Of a stretch of 64,000 nt of DNA, positions 1-9,771 are shown in pieces. Each line of letters starts with the position of its first letter. Position 1 is the stretch's first letter. Source of the stretch: Albibacterium sp. GTDB lineage: Bacteria; Bacteroidota; Bacteroidia; Sphingobacteriales; Sphingobacteriaceae. The stretch spans positions 36 to 64,035 of the forward strand of contig DAIRDA010000001.1 in assembly GCA_036796375.1 (NCBI GenBank). Direction: 5' to 3'. Both the position numbers and the translations under genes were made by a program. The notes under the pieces were generated by a model. That model was not told the DNA's origin. It did not search any database and saw nothing but the letters and a program-made list of their open reading frames with translations.

Positions 1-132
1 TCACCCAAAGGATGTACCATTGCCGGACTTAACGAAATGGAGCATCACGGTTTCAGCTCATCGTTAATCAAAGGGATCAAACTATCCGCTTTAAAGGCTG
101 GAGGCTTGTACAACAGCGATGGTAGCAACTAA
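1..132 (+). CDS. proC: pyrroline-5-carboxylate reductase, C-terminal fragment (5' end lies outside the window)
   Basis: Frame 1 reads SPKGCTIAGLNEMEHHGFSSSLIKGIKLSALKAGGLYNSDGSN* and stops at 130-132. The SP-G-T-AGL--(M/L)E--GF pattern matches the P5CR C-terminal signature. It sits next to arginine genes. Confidence 0.6.
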   Translation, partial: SPKGCTIAGLNEMEHHGFSSSLIKGIKLSALKAGGLYNSDGSN

Positions 133-1222
133 TATGGAAAATTTCGACGAGCTTACTGCGCAAAGCATTGACTTATTAAAGTTACTGATCCAGACCCCCT
201 CATTCAGCCGGGAGGAAGATCAGACGGCCGCCCACATCCGCCAATTCCTCGACGATCACCATATCCCCTCACACCGCAAAGGAAACAACGTGTGGGCTTA
301 CAACAAGCATTTCAATCCCGATAAGCCGACCATCCTGCTTAACTCTCACCACGATACGGTGAAACCCAATCCCGCTTACAGTCGCGATCCCTTTGCGCCC
401 GATACAGAAGACGGGAAGCTTTATGGCCTGGGAAGTAACGACGCGGGAGCTTGCCTGGTATCGCTCCTGGCAAGCTTCCGCTATTATTATAGCGCCGACC
501 TGAACTATAATCTTTGTTTTGCAGCCACGGCGGAAGAAGAAATATCCGGCCGGAACGGGATCGAATCCATTCTTTCTGAACTCGCGCCGATCAGTTTCGC
601 CATCGTGGGTGAGCCCACGCTCATGCAACTGGCGGTCGCCGAACGCGGCCTTCTTGTGCTCGATTGTGAAGCAAAGGGGAAAGCCGGACATGCCGCGCGA
701 AAAGAAGGGGTCAATGCCATTTATAACGCGCTCGACGATATTGAATGGTTCCGAAACTACCGTTTTGAAAAAGAATCAGCCCTGTTCGGACCGATTTCGA
801 TGAATGTTACGCTGATCGAAGCCGGCTCCCAACACAATGTCATACCGGCCACCTGTAAGTTTACCGTCGATATCCGTGTCAGCGATTGCTACAGCAATGA
901 GGAAGTGCTGGCCATCGTAAAGAAACATGTTCAATCAGAGGTGGTAGCAAGATCTACCCGCCTTAAACCCTCGTCCATTCCGCTCGACCATCCGCTGGTT
1001 CAGTCGGGCATCGCCCTGGGCCGGAAGCCCTATGGATCGCCTACCACAAGCGATCAGGCGCTGCTGAGTTGTCAGTCGCTGAAACTAGGCCCAGGCGATT
1101 CGGCACGTTCGCATACTGCCGACGAATTTATTTACCTGGATGAAATACGGGAAGGCATCGAACTCTACATAAAAATATTAAAACCCGTTCTGGTTGGTCC
1201 GGAACACAACGAAGCAAAATGA
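119..1222 (+). CDS. argE: M20-family metallopeptidase, ArgE-like N-acyl-ornithine/citrulline deacylase
   Basis: 367 aa with an M20 motif (NSHHDTVKP) and GEPT. The stop overlaps the argH start (ATGA). An alternative ATG at 134 lies 1 nt after the proC stop. Confidence 0.8.
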   Translation: MVATNMENFDELTAQSIDLLKLLIQTPSFSREEDQTAAHIRQFLDDHHIPSHRKGNNVWAYNKHFNPDKPTILLNSHHDTVKPNPAYSRDPFAPDTEDGKLYGLGSNDAGACLVSLLASFRYYYSADLNYNLCFAATAEEEISGRNGIESILSELAPISFAIVGEPTLMQLAVAERGLLVLDCEAKGKAGHAARKEGVNAIYNALDDIEWFRNYRFEKESALFGPISMNVTLIEAGSQHNVIPATCKFTVDIRVSDCYSNEEVLAIVKKHVQSEVVARSTRLKPSSIPLDHPLVQSGIALGRKPYGSPTTSDQALLSCQSLKLGPGDSARSHTADEFIYLDEIREGIELYIKILKPVLVGPEHNEAK

Positions 1223-2553
1223 AACTCTGGCAAAAAAATACTCAAACCGAAAATTCCGTTGATAAGTTTACCGTTGGGCGCGACCGCGAACTGGATCTTC
1301 AGCTAGCCAAGGCGGATGTCCTGGGCTCACTCGCACATACCCAAATGCTGGAAAGTATCGGCTTGTTGAAGGCCGAGGAACTGATATTGATTCAGCAGGA
1401 GTTACGGCAGATTTACCGCGATATTGAAGCCGGCAACTTCTCGATCGCCGACAATGTGGAGGATATCCACTCCCAGATCGAATTATTGTTAACCCAACGC
1501 ATCGGGGAAGCCGGCAAAAAAATACATAGCGGCCGCTCGCGTAACGATCAGGTGCTGGTCGATCTCAAGCTATTTTTCCGCATGGAAATCGAGCAGATTG
1601 TGCACGACACCGGGGCACTGTTCAGCAAACTGATCGAGCTGAGTGAAAAACACAAAGAAGTTCTTATCCCCGGCTATACGCACTTACAAATCGCGATGCC
1701 TTCTTCTTTCGGTCTCTGGTTTGGGGCCTATGCAGAGAGCCTCACCGACGATCTCGAACTGATGCTGGCCGCATGGAAAGTTTGCAACAAGAACCCCTTG
1801 GGCTCTGCAGCAGGCTACGGCTCCTCCTTTCCGCTCAACAGGCGTTACACCACCGAGCTGCTTGGTTTTGGCAGTTTGAATTATAATGTCGTGTACGCGC
1901 AGATGGGACGGGGAAAGACCGAACGAATCCTTGCACAAGCAATGTCGGCCATTGCAGCAAGCCTGGCGAAAATGTCGATGGACATTTGCCTGTACATGAA
2001 CCAGAACTTCGGTTTTTTAAGCTTTCCGGATCATTTAACCACCGGGTCGAGCATTATGCCCCATAAAAAGAACCCCGATGTTTTTGAGCTCATCCGTTCG
2101 CGCTGCAATAAAATCCAGGCCCTGCCGAATGAAATCGCGCTGATGACCACCAACCTGCCCTCGGGTTACCACCGCGACCTGCAGCTGTTGAAAGAAAACC
2201 TGTTCCCTTCGCTCAGCTCGTTAAGCGAATGCTTGCAAATGGCTACTTTTATGCTTGAAAATATCCAGATAAAGAACCAGATTCTTGACGACAGCAAATA
2301 CGACTATCTCTTTAGTGTAGAGGAAGTCAATCGCCAGGTACTGGAAGGAATTCCCTTCCGCGACGCATACAAAAACACCGGCCTGGCCATTGAAGCCGGT
2401 AATTTCTCGCCAGACAAAAGTTTGAAACATGTGCATGAAGGCAGCATCGGCAACCTCTGCAATGCAGAAATTCAGGAAGAGTTCGAAAAGGTGTTACAGG
2501 CTTTCGATTTTCAATCCGTAAAGGAGACATTAAGCCGCCTGCTCGCTTCATAA
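1219..2553 (+). CDS. argH: argininosuccinate lyase
   Basis: 444 aa with GRSRNDQV and the fumarate-lyase signature GSSIMPHKKNPD. Confidence 0.97.
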   Translation: MKLWQKNTQTENSVDKFTVGRDRELDLQLAKADVLGSLAHTQMLESIGLLKAEELILIQQELRQIYRDIEAGNFSIADNVEDIHSQIELLLTQRIGEAGKKIHSGRSRNDQVLVDLKLFFRMEIEQIVHDTGALFSKLIELSEKHKEVLIPGYTHLQIAMPSSFGLWFGAYAESLTDDLELMLAAWKVCNKNPLGSAAGYGSSFPLNRRYTTELLGFGSLNYNVVYAQMGRGKTERILAQAMSAIAASLAKMSMDICLYMNQNFGFLSFPDHLTTGSSIMPHKKNPDVFELIRSRCNKIQALPNEIALMTTNLPSGYHRDLQLLKENLFPSLSSLSECLQMATFMLENIQIKNQILDDSKYDYLFSVEEVNRQVLEGIPFRDAYKNTGLAIEAGNFSPDKSLKHVHEGSIGNLCNAEIQEEFEKVLQAFDFQSVKETLSRLLAS

Positions 2554-2580
2554 AGCCATTTAGCGCATTATTTTTTGTAT

Positions 2581-2610
2581 CTTGTAGGTGAACATTTAAT
2601 CACCTACAAG
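2581..2610 (+). terminator. hairpin downstream of argH (11-bp stem CTTGTAGGTGA / TCACCTACAAG, 8-nt loop)
   Basis: Perfect inverted repeat read directly. The U-tract is weak (TTATCATC), so it may be only a partial terminator. Confidence 0.45.
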
Positions 2611-2621
2611 TTATCATCATC

Positions 2622-3899
2622 ATGCCAATTCAATACAATACGGCCGCTGAGGCGGTCCGGTTAATCCAAGCCAATCACAACGTTTTTCTCCATTCCGCTG
2701 CAGCCACGCCCAAAGAACTGGTACAGGCCATGGCACTCCGGAGTTCCGAACTTAGCAACGTCGGTATTTACAGCATGCATACCGAATGGGATGCCCCCTA
2801 TGCCGAGCCTGAACATGTTGCAGCCTTCGATGTAAACGCTTTCTTTGTAGGGTCCAATATCCGCAAAGCGGTGAACGAAGGACGGGCCAGCTACGTGCCC
2901 ATGTTTCTGAGTGAAATACCCAAAGCCTTCCGGAGCGGACTGGTCCCGATAGACGTGGCGCTCATCAGCGTTTCGCCGCCCGATAAAAACGGGAATTGTA
3001 CCCTGGGCGTCTCGTGCGACATATCCCGGGCTGCCGTCGAAATGGCCAGTGTGATTATTGCTGAAGTGAATCCAAATATGCCACGCGTTCAGGGCGATGG
3101 GGTCATAGCGTTCTCATCGATCACAGCGACCATCGAAGTGAATTATCCCATCTATGAGCAGCAAATCAAAACACCTACGGCCATTGAGCTGGCCATCGGC
3201 GAGAATGTCGCCTCCCTGGTGGAAGACGGCGCTACCCTGCAGATGGGCATTGGCGGAATTCCAAACGCGGTTCTGCAGAAACTGAGCACGCATAAAGATC
3301 TGGGTATTCATACTGAAATGTTTTCCGACGGGGTGGTTGAACTGGTCGATAAAGGTGTCATCACCGATCGATATAAAAAAATTCACCCGGGAGCCATTGT
3401 CTCCAGTTTTGCCATCGGGACGAAGAAACTATATGATTTTCTGGACAATAACCTGCTGGTGCGCATGCTGGATATCGAATATGTAAACAAACCAACCAAC
3501 ATCGCCCGCAACCCGAAGGTAACTGCGATCAACAGTGCCATTGAAGTCGATATCTTCGGTCAGGTTTGTGCCGACTCGATTGGTACCCGGCAATACAGCG
3601 GCGTGGGCGGACAAGTGGATTTTATGCGCGGGGCCGCGCTGTCGAAAGGTGGTAAACCCATCATTGCGATTCCCTCGGCAACCAATAAGGGCATCTCGCG
3701 GATCGTTTCGCTATTGAAACCAGGAGCCTCGGTGGTTACCACACGCGCGCATGTGCACTATGTCGTTACCGAACACGGAATTGCTTACCTGCATGGAAAA
3801 AACCTTCGGGCAAGGGCCAAAGAACTGATCCGTATCGCTCACCCCGATCACCGCGAAGCGCTTGAAAAAGAAGCCTTTTCGATTTTTAAAGCAATCTGA
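2622..3899 (+). CDS. acetyl-CoA hydrolase/transferase family protein (4-hydroxybutyrate CoA-transferase-like)
   Basis: 425 aa. The overall pattern is typical of the Cat2/AbfT family (GIGGIPNAV, EMFSDG, GGQVDF). Confidence 0.85.
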   Translation: MPIQYNTAAEAVRLIQANHNVFLHSAAATPKELVQAMALRSSELSNVGIYSMHTEWDAPYAEPEHVAAFDVNAFFVGSNIRKAVNEGRASYVPMFLSEIPKAFRSGLVPIDVALISVSPPDKNGNCTLGVSCDISRAAVEMASVIIAEVNPNMPRVQGDGVIAFSSITATIEVNYPIYEQQIKTPTAIELAIGENVASLVEDGATLQMGIGGIPNAVLQKLSTHKDLGIHTEMFSDGVVELVDKGVITDRYKKIHPGAIVSSFAIGTKKLYDFLDNNLLVRMLDIEYVNKPTNIARNPKVTAINSAIEVDIFGQVCADSIGTRQYSGVGGQVDFMRGAALSKGGKPIIAIPSATNKGISRIVSLLKPGASVVTTRAHVHYVVTEHGIAYLHGKNLRARAKELIRIAHPDHREALEKEAFSIFKAI

Positions 3900-5256
3900 T
3901 AAGCGCTTCTTCGGAGAGCTGCTGTTGATCTCCGCTTTGCATATCTTTTAAAGTGTACTGTCCCCTTTGCATTTCTTCATCTCCGATGAGGATTACGAAG
4001 GGGATATTTTTTGCATTGGCATACACCATTTGCTTTTTGAGTTTGGCGGAAACCGGATAAATCTCGGCAGCGATTCCCAACTTACGCAACTTCTGAAGCA
4101 GGGGAAGCGCATACGCTTCCGCCTTCTCGTCGAAATTGCTGATCAGTACCCGGGTACCAACCGAAGTATCGGTCGGAAATAAATTCAGCTCTTCCAGCAC
4201 GTCGTATATACGGTCGGCTCCAAAAGATATCCCTACCCCTGTCAATCCCGCCTGACCAAACATGCCGGTCAGGTCGTCATAACGTCCGCCGCCGCCAATA
4301 CTTCCCATGGCCACTTCATTGGTTTTCACCTCCAGGATGGTACCGGTATAATAGTTCAATCCACGGGCAAGCGTGATATCCAGTTCGACGAAAGGCAGCG
4401 CCTCGGGCTGGAGCCGCGCCAGATATTCAAGCACTCTTTCAATCTCACCTATACCGGCCTCACCCGTCTCCGAACCGGCCAGCATGGTCTTGAGCAGTGC
4501 CAGCTTTTCGTCGCGCTCGCCCGAAGAAAGCAGTACCGGCTGCAGTTTTGCAATGCTTTCTGAAGGAAAGCCCCGCTCTGCCAGCTCACGCTCCACCCCC
4601 TCAACGCCGATTTTGTCGAGCTTATCCAGCGCAATGGTCATGCTCAGCAGACGCTCGCTTTGTCCAAGCACTTCGGCAATCCCCGCCAGCACCTTCCGGT
4701 TATTGATTTTAATACTAAAGTCTTTCAATCCCAGCTTTTGCAACACTTCGTGATAAATGCTGACAAACTCCGCCTCATTTAAAAGACTGTCAGAGCCGAC
4801 CACATCGGCATCGCACTGATAAAATTCACGGTACCGGCCGCGCTGCGGACGATCGGCCCGCCAAACGGGTTGTATCTGGTAGCGCTTGAAAGGCAAGGCA
4901 ATCTCGTGCTGATGCATCACTACATATCGGGCAAAAGGAACCGTCAAATCGTAACGCAGTGCCTTTTCCGAAATAAGCGGTGTCAGGCTTTGAGCAGTAT
5001 GTTCCGATAGTTTTTCGGCACCTACTTTTGCCAGGTAATCGCCCGAATTCAATATCTTAAAAATTAGCTGATCACCTTCCTCTCCGTACTTTCCGGTCAG
5101 GGTGCTTAGATTTTCGAACGTTGGCGTCTGAATTTCGCTGTATCCATACTTCTTAAACACGGTCTTAATGGTATTGAATATATAGTTACGTTTTTCCATT
5201 TCAACAGGGGAAAAATCGCGCGTTCCTTTCGCCAGGGATGGTTTCATCTTTGCCAT
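3886..5256 (-). CDS. hisS: histidine--tRNA ligase
   Basis: Class II aaRS motifs (FYQCDADVVG, GGGGRYDDL). I prefer the ATG at 5256 (MAKMKPSLAKGTRDF) over the GTG at 5262, which lies inside the -7 box. Confidence 0.95.
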   Translation of the reverse strand: MAKMKPSLAKGTRDFSPVEMEKRNYIFNTIKTVFKKYGYSEIQTPTFENLSTLTGKYGEEGDQLIFKILNSGDYLAKVGAEKLSEHTAQSLTPLISEKALRYDLTVPFARYVVMHQHEIALPFKRYQIQPVWRADRPQRGRYREFYQCDADVVGSDSLLNEAEFVSIYHEVLQKLGLKDFSIKINNRKVLAGIAEVLGQSERLLSMTIALDKLDKIGVEGVERELAERGFPSESIAKLQPVLLSSGERDEKLALLKTMLAGSETGEAGIGEIERVLEYLARLQPEALPFVELDITLARGLNYYTGTILEVKTNEVAMGSIGGGGRYDDLTGMFGQAGLTGVGISFGADRIYDVLEELNLFPTDTSVGTRVLISNFDEKAEAYALPLLQKLRKLGIAAEIYPVSAKLKKQMVYANAKNIPFVILIGDEEMQRGQYTLKDMQSGDQQQLSEEALIRLL

Positions 5257-5261
5257 AGCCA

Positions 5262-5269
5262 CAAAGGTA
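5262..5269 (-). promoter_or_regulatory. Bacteroidota -7 promoter box TACCTTTG (hisS)
   Basis: Exact TAnnTTTG on the minus strand, 5 nt upstream of the hisS ATG. Confidence 0.5.
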
Positions 5270-5389
5270 TAAATAACCCTTAATTGTTGCAGGAGGAAAA
5301 CCCTTATCTAAAAAAATTGTTATGATACAGCTGATTATAACTAATTTAGACCGGCTAATGATTATTTAATTTAACCTAATCTTATTACA

Positions 5390-5899
5390 ATGAAAAAGAT
5401 TTTTTTCCTACTGGCACTGGTTGCCGCATTTTCCCTGAACGCACAGGCTCAACAGGATAAAAGCAAAAGGGCAAGCCCGCCCGACTCCGTGAAAGTAACC
5501 ACCGAATCGGGAGCAAACATCACGATACACTACAGCCGTCCGTCGCTTAACGGACGCGAGCTGGTCAGCCTGGTACCGCTTGGTTCTGTTTGGCGTACCG
5601 GAGCTAACGAAGCCACCACCTTTGAAGTCGACAAAGACGTTCAGGTAAATGGCAAAGCCTTGAAAGCAGGCAAGTACAGCCTGTACACCTTGCCTGGTGA
5701 AACGCAGACCACCATTATTTTCAATAAAACCTGGGAACAGTGGGGAACGCAATACAAAGAAGCGGACGATGTATTGCGCGTACAAACCGAAACCAAAACC
5801 GGGAATCCGAGTGTAGAACAGTTTACCATTTCGGCCGATCCTGGCGGATTGGTCAAACTAGCCTGGGGCGACGCAGTGATCGACTTTATGGTTAAATAA
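5390..5899 (+). CDS. secreted DUF2911 domain protein
   Basis: 169 aa with a signal peptide (MKKIFFLLALVAAFSLNAQA). Motifs YSRPSLNGRE and VWRTGANEAT are typical of DUF2911. Confidence 0.7.
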   Translation: MKKIFFLLALVAAFSLNAQAQQDKSKRASPPDSVKVTTESGANITIHYSRPSLNGRELVSLVPLGSVWRTGANEATTFEVDKDVQVNGKALKAGKYSLYTLPGETQTTIIFNKTWEQWGTQYKEADDVLRVQTETKTGNPSVEQFTISADPGGLVKLAWGDAVIDFMVK

Positions 5900-5917
5900 A
5901 AAAAGAGAAATGAAAAA

Positions 5918-5939
5918 GGGGCGAATGCCCCTTTTTTTT
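5918..5939. terminator. bidirectional rho-independent terminator (GGGGC-GAAT-GCCCC flanked by an A-tract and a T-tract)
   Basis: GC-rich stem with T8 downstream and A5 upstream, located between convergent genes. Confidence 0.7.
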
Positions 5940-5976
5940 ATAACCCTATACTTTCTTTATAACCCTATACTTTCTT
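5939..5976. repeat. perfect tandem duplication of a 19-bp unit TATAACCCTATACTTTCTT, followed by a degenerate partial third copy
   Basis: Read directly. The copies are 5939-5957 and 5958-5976, and a diverged remnant TATCCCTCTATAG follows. Confidence 0.9.
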
Positions 5977-5996
5977 TTTCTATCCCTCTATAGTAG

Positions 5997-6683
5997 TTAA
6001 TCAACCTTGAAGGGCTCGCCGATCGTGAGCAGATGAAGCGATTTGCCCGCATCTTTAAACGTTCGTTTGGCCAGTTCCTGATCGATTTTAATCGGCGGGA
6101 ATGTGTCGTAATGTATCCCGATAATCTCTGAGCAATTAATCAAATTACTTGCCAGGACCGCATCCTCTACATCCATCGTATAATGACCTCCGATAGGTAA
6201 GAAGGCGCAGTCGATTGCCGAACCAGCCAGCAACTGCATCTCGGTGGTCAGGGCCGTATCGCCGGCGAAATAAAAGGTCTTAGCACCCGCCTTTATCAGA
6301 AACCCTGCCGGCTCTCCTGCATAGTCGCCTTCCGGCGTACTGTTGGTATGCAGTGCGTATACCATTTTGGCAGATCCGAAAGAAGCTGTAAAGGTTCCGC
6401 CGAAATTTAAAGCAACGATCTTATCAGCGGGAATTCCCTGCTTCTCCGCCCATGCCGCTGTTTCAACAATTGCGATCACAACGGCACCGCTGTTACCTTG
6501 AATCTCGACCAAATCGGCTACGTGATCTTCATGACAATGACTCAGAAAGATATAATCGGGCCTGATGGAAGCCACATCAATATCCCGGGCAAGGCCATTG
6601 GGTCGTATAAAAGGATCGAAGAGCAGATGGGCGCCCTCCAGTTTCACTCCGACAGACGAATGTCCGTAATAGGTAATTTCCAT
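5997..6683 (-). CDS. MBL-fold metal-dependent hydrolase (UPF0173 family)
   Basis: 228 aa. The N-terminus MEITYYGHSSV and motif HCHEDH match this family. Confidence 0.8.
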   Translation of the reverse strand: MEITYYGHSSVGVKLEGAHLLFDPFIRPNGLARDIDVASIRPDYIFLSHCHEDHVADLVEIQGNSGAVVIAIVETAAWAEKQGIPADKIVALNFGGTFTASFGSAKMVYALHTNSTPEGDYAGEPAGFLIKAGAKTFYFAGDTALTTEMQLLAGSAIDCAFLPIGGHYTMDVEDAVLASNLINCSEIIGIHYDTFPPIKIDQELAKRTFKDAGKSLHLLTIGEPFKVD

Positions 6684-6710
6684 AGTCGATTCTATTTTAT
6701 GGTACAGGTT

Positions 6711-7016
6711 TTATTGTCCGAATAGTCCGCCCATTCCACCGAGCATATCTTTGGTAACCGCCTGCATTTCGGCCTGCGAAATTTCATCGGCCTGCTTGAG
6801 CGCTTTATTGATGGCAATGGCCAACAGTTCGCCCAGAGCCTCTGCGTCGGTATCCCTATGGAAATCCGGATCGATCTGAATGTCTCTGACTTCCTTGTTT
6901 CCAGATACCGATACCTGAATCTTGCCACCTTCTGCCTCTCCGGAAACCGTGATGGCATCCAGGCGTTTCTTCACTTCTTCTGCTTTTTGCTGAGCCTGAA
7001 ATAATTTATCAAACAT
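6711..7016 (-). CDS. YbaB/EbfC family nucleoid-associated protein
   Basis: 101 aa. The size and the pattern QAQQKAEEVKKRL...GGKIQV...I.IDP are typical of the family. Confidence 0.85.
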   Translation of the reverse strand: MFDKLFQAQQKAEEVKKRLDAITVSGEAEGGKIQVSVSGNKEVRDIQIDPDFHRDTDAEALGELLAIAINKALKQADEISQAEMQAVTKDMLGGMGGLFGQ

Positions 7017-7031
7017 AATTTTAAATGCTAA

Positions 7032-8210
7032 TTATAAAAGTTCTCCATTTGCGTTATAGGCCCCCTGACGAATCACCGGCATCTCCAGAATATGATACAG
7101 ATCGTCCAGACGGTTCAGGCTGCCATTCGCCATATTCGATAACAACACAATGGTAATATCGTTTTTCAGATCGCGGATATACAAATTCTTAAACCCATGC
7201 CACCAGCCCGTATGGTACGCAATCGTATGTCCATCCTTCTCGTACAAACGCCAGCCGTATCCATAATTGAACACGCCGCGGACCGGATTGCTGTAAGAGG
7301 AATAAGCAGAATCGAGCAATTCTTTTTTCAGCACCCGGCCTTCAGCCATCGCACGGTCGAACAGAAACATATCATTCACGGTACTGTAAATTCCCTTGTC
7401 GCCCACCGGTCCATCCAGAAAGTTCTGTACCACCGATCTGCGCCACACCTTATCATGACCGATCACTCCCGTAGGAATCTTTTCGTAATCAACTTTCGAA
7501 TATACATTGGTATTCTTCATACCCAGCGGTCTGAACAGGTTTTCCTGCATAAATACCGTAAAGCTTTGCCCCGACACCACCTCAATAATGGCCGCAAGCA
7601 CCATATAATTGCTGTTGTTGTACAAGAAACGCGCGTCGGGCACATTGTATCGGTTCGGCTTATGCTTTGCAAGCAGATCCATCACCTCCTTATTCGACAC
7701 ACCTTTCCGCTTCTCCTTCCAAATCTCATCAACAAAGTATACGTAGTTTGGCAAACCCGATCGGTGAGCAAGCAATTGCTTGATCGTAACGTTTTCATAG
7801 GGAAAATCAGGAAAAAAATCGTTCACTGTCTGCTCAAGCGTTATCTTACCTTCTTCAACCAGCATCAGTACCGCCGTGGCCGTCAGCGGTTTTGATACCG
7901 AAGCCAGCTCAAACTGCGAATCCATTTCCAGGCTATCGCGGTGCAGATAGTCGGCCCAGCCAAACGAATTCCGATAGATAATCTTTCCCTTTTTGGCAAT
8001 CAGCACATTGCCGTTGAAGGCTGAGCGACTGTGCAGGGCCTTCATAAATTCATCGATGCGCGGATCGGCATCTTCGTGCGAATACACCAGTCGCACACTG
8101 TCGGTAATTTTCTGTTCTTCCTCGGCTTTGATACGTTTGCTCTCGGCTGAAGAGCAGGCAATGAGTGCAATAGGGATTACGAATAAAAATAATTTTATAG
8201 TCTTGAACAT
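7032..8210 (-). CDS. serine hydrolase of the beta-lactamase / class C PBP family, lipoprotein
   Basis: 392 aa with lipobox LIACS and the S-x-x-K motif (SVSK). Confidence 0.85.
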   Translation of the reverse strand: MFKTIKLFLFVIPIALIACSSAESKRIKAEEEQKITDSVRLVYSHEDADPRIDEFMKALHSRSAFNGNVLIAKKGKIIYRNSFGWADYLHRDSLEMDSQFELASVSKPLTATAVLMLVEEGKITLEQTVNDFFPDFPYENVTIKQLLAHRSGLPNYVYFVDEIWKEKRKGVSNKEVMDLLAKHKPNRYNVPDARFLYNNSNYMVLAAIIEVVSGQSFTVFMQENLFRPLGMKNTNVYSKVDYEKIPTGVIGHDKVWRRSVVQNFLDGPVGDKGIYSTVNDMFLFDRAMAEGRVLKKELLDSAYSSYSNPVRGVFNYGYGWRLYEKDGHTIAYHTGWWHGFKNLYIRDLKNDITIVLLSNMANGSLNRLDDLYHILEMPVIRQGAYNANGELL

Positions 8211-8342
8211 GTAGCTTCCGGCGTTGAGATTATTCCTGACGAAAATGCGTAAATATTTTTAAAAATGCGATAACCTGGCCACATATGTTGGATTATCGCC
8301 ATAATTTTTACCCGAAGAAATCGCTCAGCAGAGATATATCAT

Positions 8343-8350
8343 TAACTTTG
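8343..8350 (+). promoter_or_regulatory. -7 promoter box TAACTTTG (fumC)
   Basis: Exact TAnnTTTG, 22 nt upstream of the fumC ATG. Confidence 0.55.
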
Positions 8351-8372
8351 TTATAAATAAAAAATCAACACT

Positions 8373-9770
8373 ATGTCATACAGAGTAGAGCACGATACCA
8401 TGGGCGAAGTGCAGGTTCCGGCTGATAAATACTGGGCAGCACAAACCGAACGTTCCAGAAACAACTTCAAAATCGGTGTTCCGGCATCCATGCCTTCCGA
8501 AATCATTCAGGCTTTTGCTTACTTAAAAAAGGCGGCGGCGTTTACCAACACCGACGCGGGCATACTGCCTGCAGAGAAGAGAGATCTGATCGCACAGGTT
8601 TGTGATGAAATCCTGGACGGTCAGCACAGCGATCAGTTCCCGTTGGTCATCTGGCAAACCGGTTCGGGTACCCAATCGAATATGAATTTGAACGAGGTTG
8701 TTTCCAACCGCGCGCATGTTTTAAAGGGAAACAAGCTGGGAGAAGGGATTCCCTTTATTCACCCCAACGACGATGTCAATAAATCGCAATCGTCTAACGA
8801 TACTTTCCCTACTGCCATGCATATTGCAGCCTACAAAGTTCTTATTGAGGTAACCATTCCCGGTGTAGAAAAACTGCGGGATACCCTGCAACGTAAAACG
8901 GAAGACTTTGCCAAGGTGGTTAAAATCGGTCGTACCCACCTGATGGATGCAACACCGCTTACCCTCGGTCAGGAATTTTCTGGCTACGTAGCGCAATTGA
9001 ATTTCGGACTAAAAGCATTGAAAAATACCCTTGAGCATCTATCTCAGCTCGCCCTGGGTGGTACGGCAGTAGGAACGGGTATCAATACGCCCAAAGGCTA
9101 TTCAGAGAATGTAGCGCGCTACATCGCCGAATTTACAGGCCTTCCCTTTGTTACCGCCGAAAATAAATTTGAAGCATTGGCTGCACACGACGCCATTGTA
9201 GAGAGCCACGGTGCACTGAAGCAGCTCGCTGTATCGCTGATGAAAATAGCCAACGACATCCGCATGCTCGCCTCCGGGCCACGTTCGGGCATCGGCGAAA
9301 TCATGATTCCTGAAAACGAACCCGGTTCCTCGATAATGCCCGGAAAGGTTAACCCAACGCAGTGCGAGGCGCTCACCATGGTAGCCGCTCAGGTAATGGG
9401 CAACGATGTTGCCATCTCGATCGGCGGATCCAACGGACATTACGAATTGAATGTGTTTAAGCCGATGATGGCAGCGAATTTCCTTCAAAGTGCGCGTCTG
9501 ATCGGCGATGCCTGCGTATCCTTCACCGACCATTGCGCCGAGGGCATCGAGCCCAACTACGACGGTATCAAGAAACACCTGGAGAATTCATTGATGTTGG
9601 TAACGGCCCTCAACCCGCATATCGGATACGAGAACGCAGCCAAAATCGCCAAGAAGGCTCACAAAGAGAATACCTCTTTGCGCGAGGCTGCCATTGCTCT
9701 GGGCTTATTAAGCGATGAGCAGTTCGACGAGTGGGTACGGCCCGAGGATATGATTGGCGGACTCAAATAG
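8373..9770 (+). CDS. fumC: class II fumarate hydratase
   Basis: 465 aa with [11 protein letters not shown] and [13 protein letters not shown]. Confidence 0.97.
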   Translation: MSYRVEHDTMGEVQVPADKYWAAQTERSRNNFKIGVPASMPSEIIQAFAYLKKAAAFTNTDAGILPAEKRDLIAQVCDEILDGQHSDQFPLVIWQTGSGTQSNMNLNEVVSNRAHVLKGNKLGEGIPFIHPNDDVNKSQSSNDTFPTAMHIAAYKVLIEVTIPGVEKLRDTLQRKTEDFAKVVKIGRTHLMDATPLTLGQEFSGYVAQLNFGLKALKNTLEHLSQLALGGTAVGTGINTPKGYSENVARYIAEFTGLPFVTAENKFEALAAHDAIVESHGALKQLAVSLMKIANDIRMLASGPRSGIGEIMIPENEPGSSIMPGKVNPTQCEALTMVAAQVMGNDVAISIGGSNGHYELNVFKPMMAANFLQSARLIGDACVSFTDHCAEGIEPNYDGIKKHLENSLMLVTALNPHIGYENAAKIAKKAHKENTSLREAAIALGLLSDEQFDEWVRPEDMIGGLK

Positions 9771-9771
9771 C

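Noticed and set aside
7197-7895. 232-aa plus-strand ORF
   Set aside because: Antisense to the serine hydrolase gene, which carries the SxxK motif and a lipobox. Shadow ORF.
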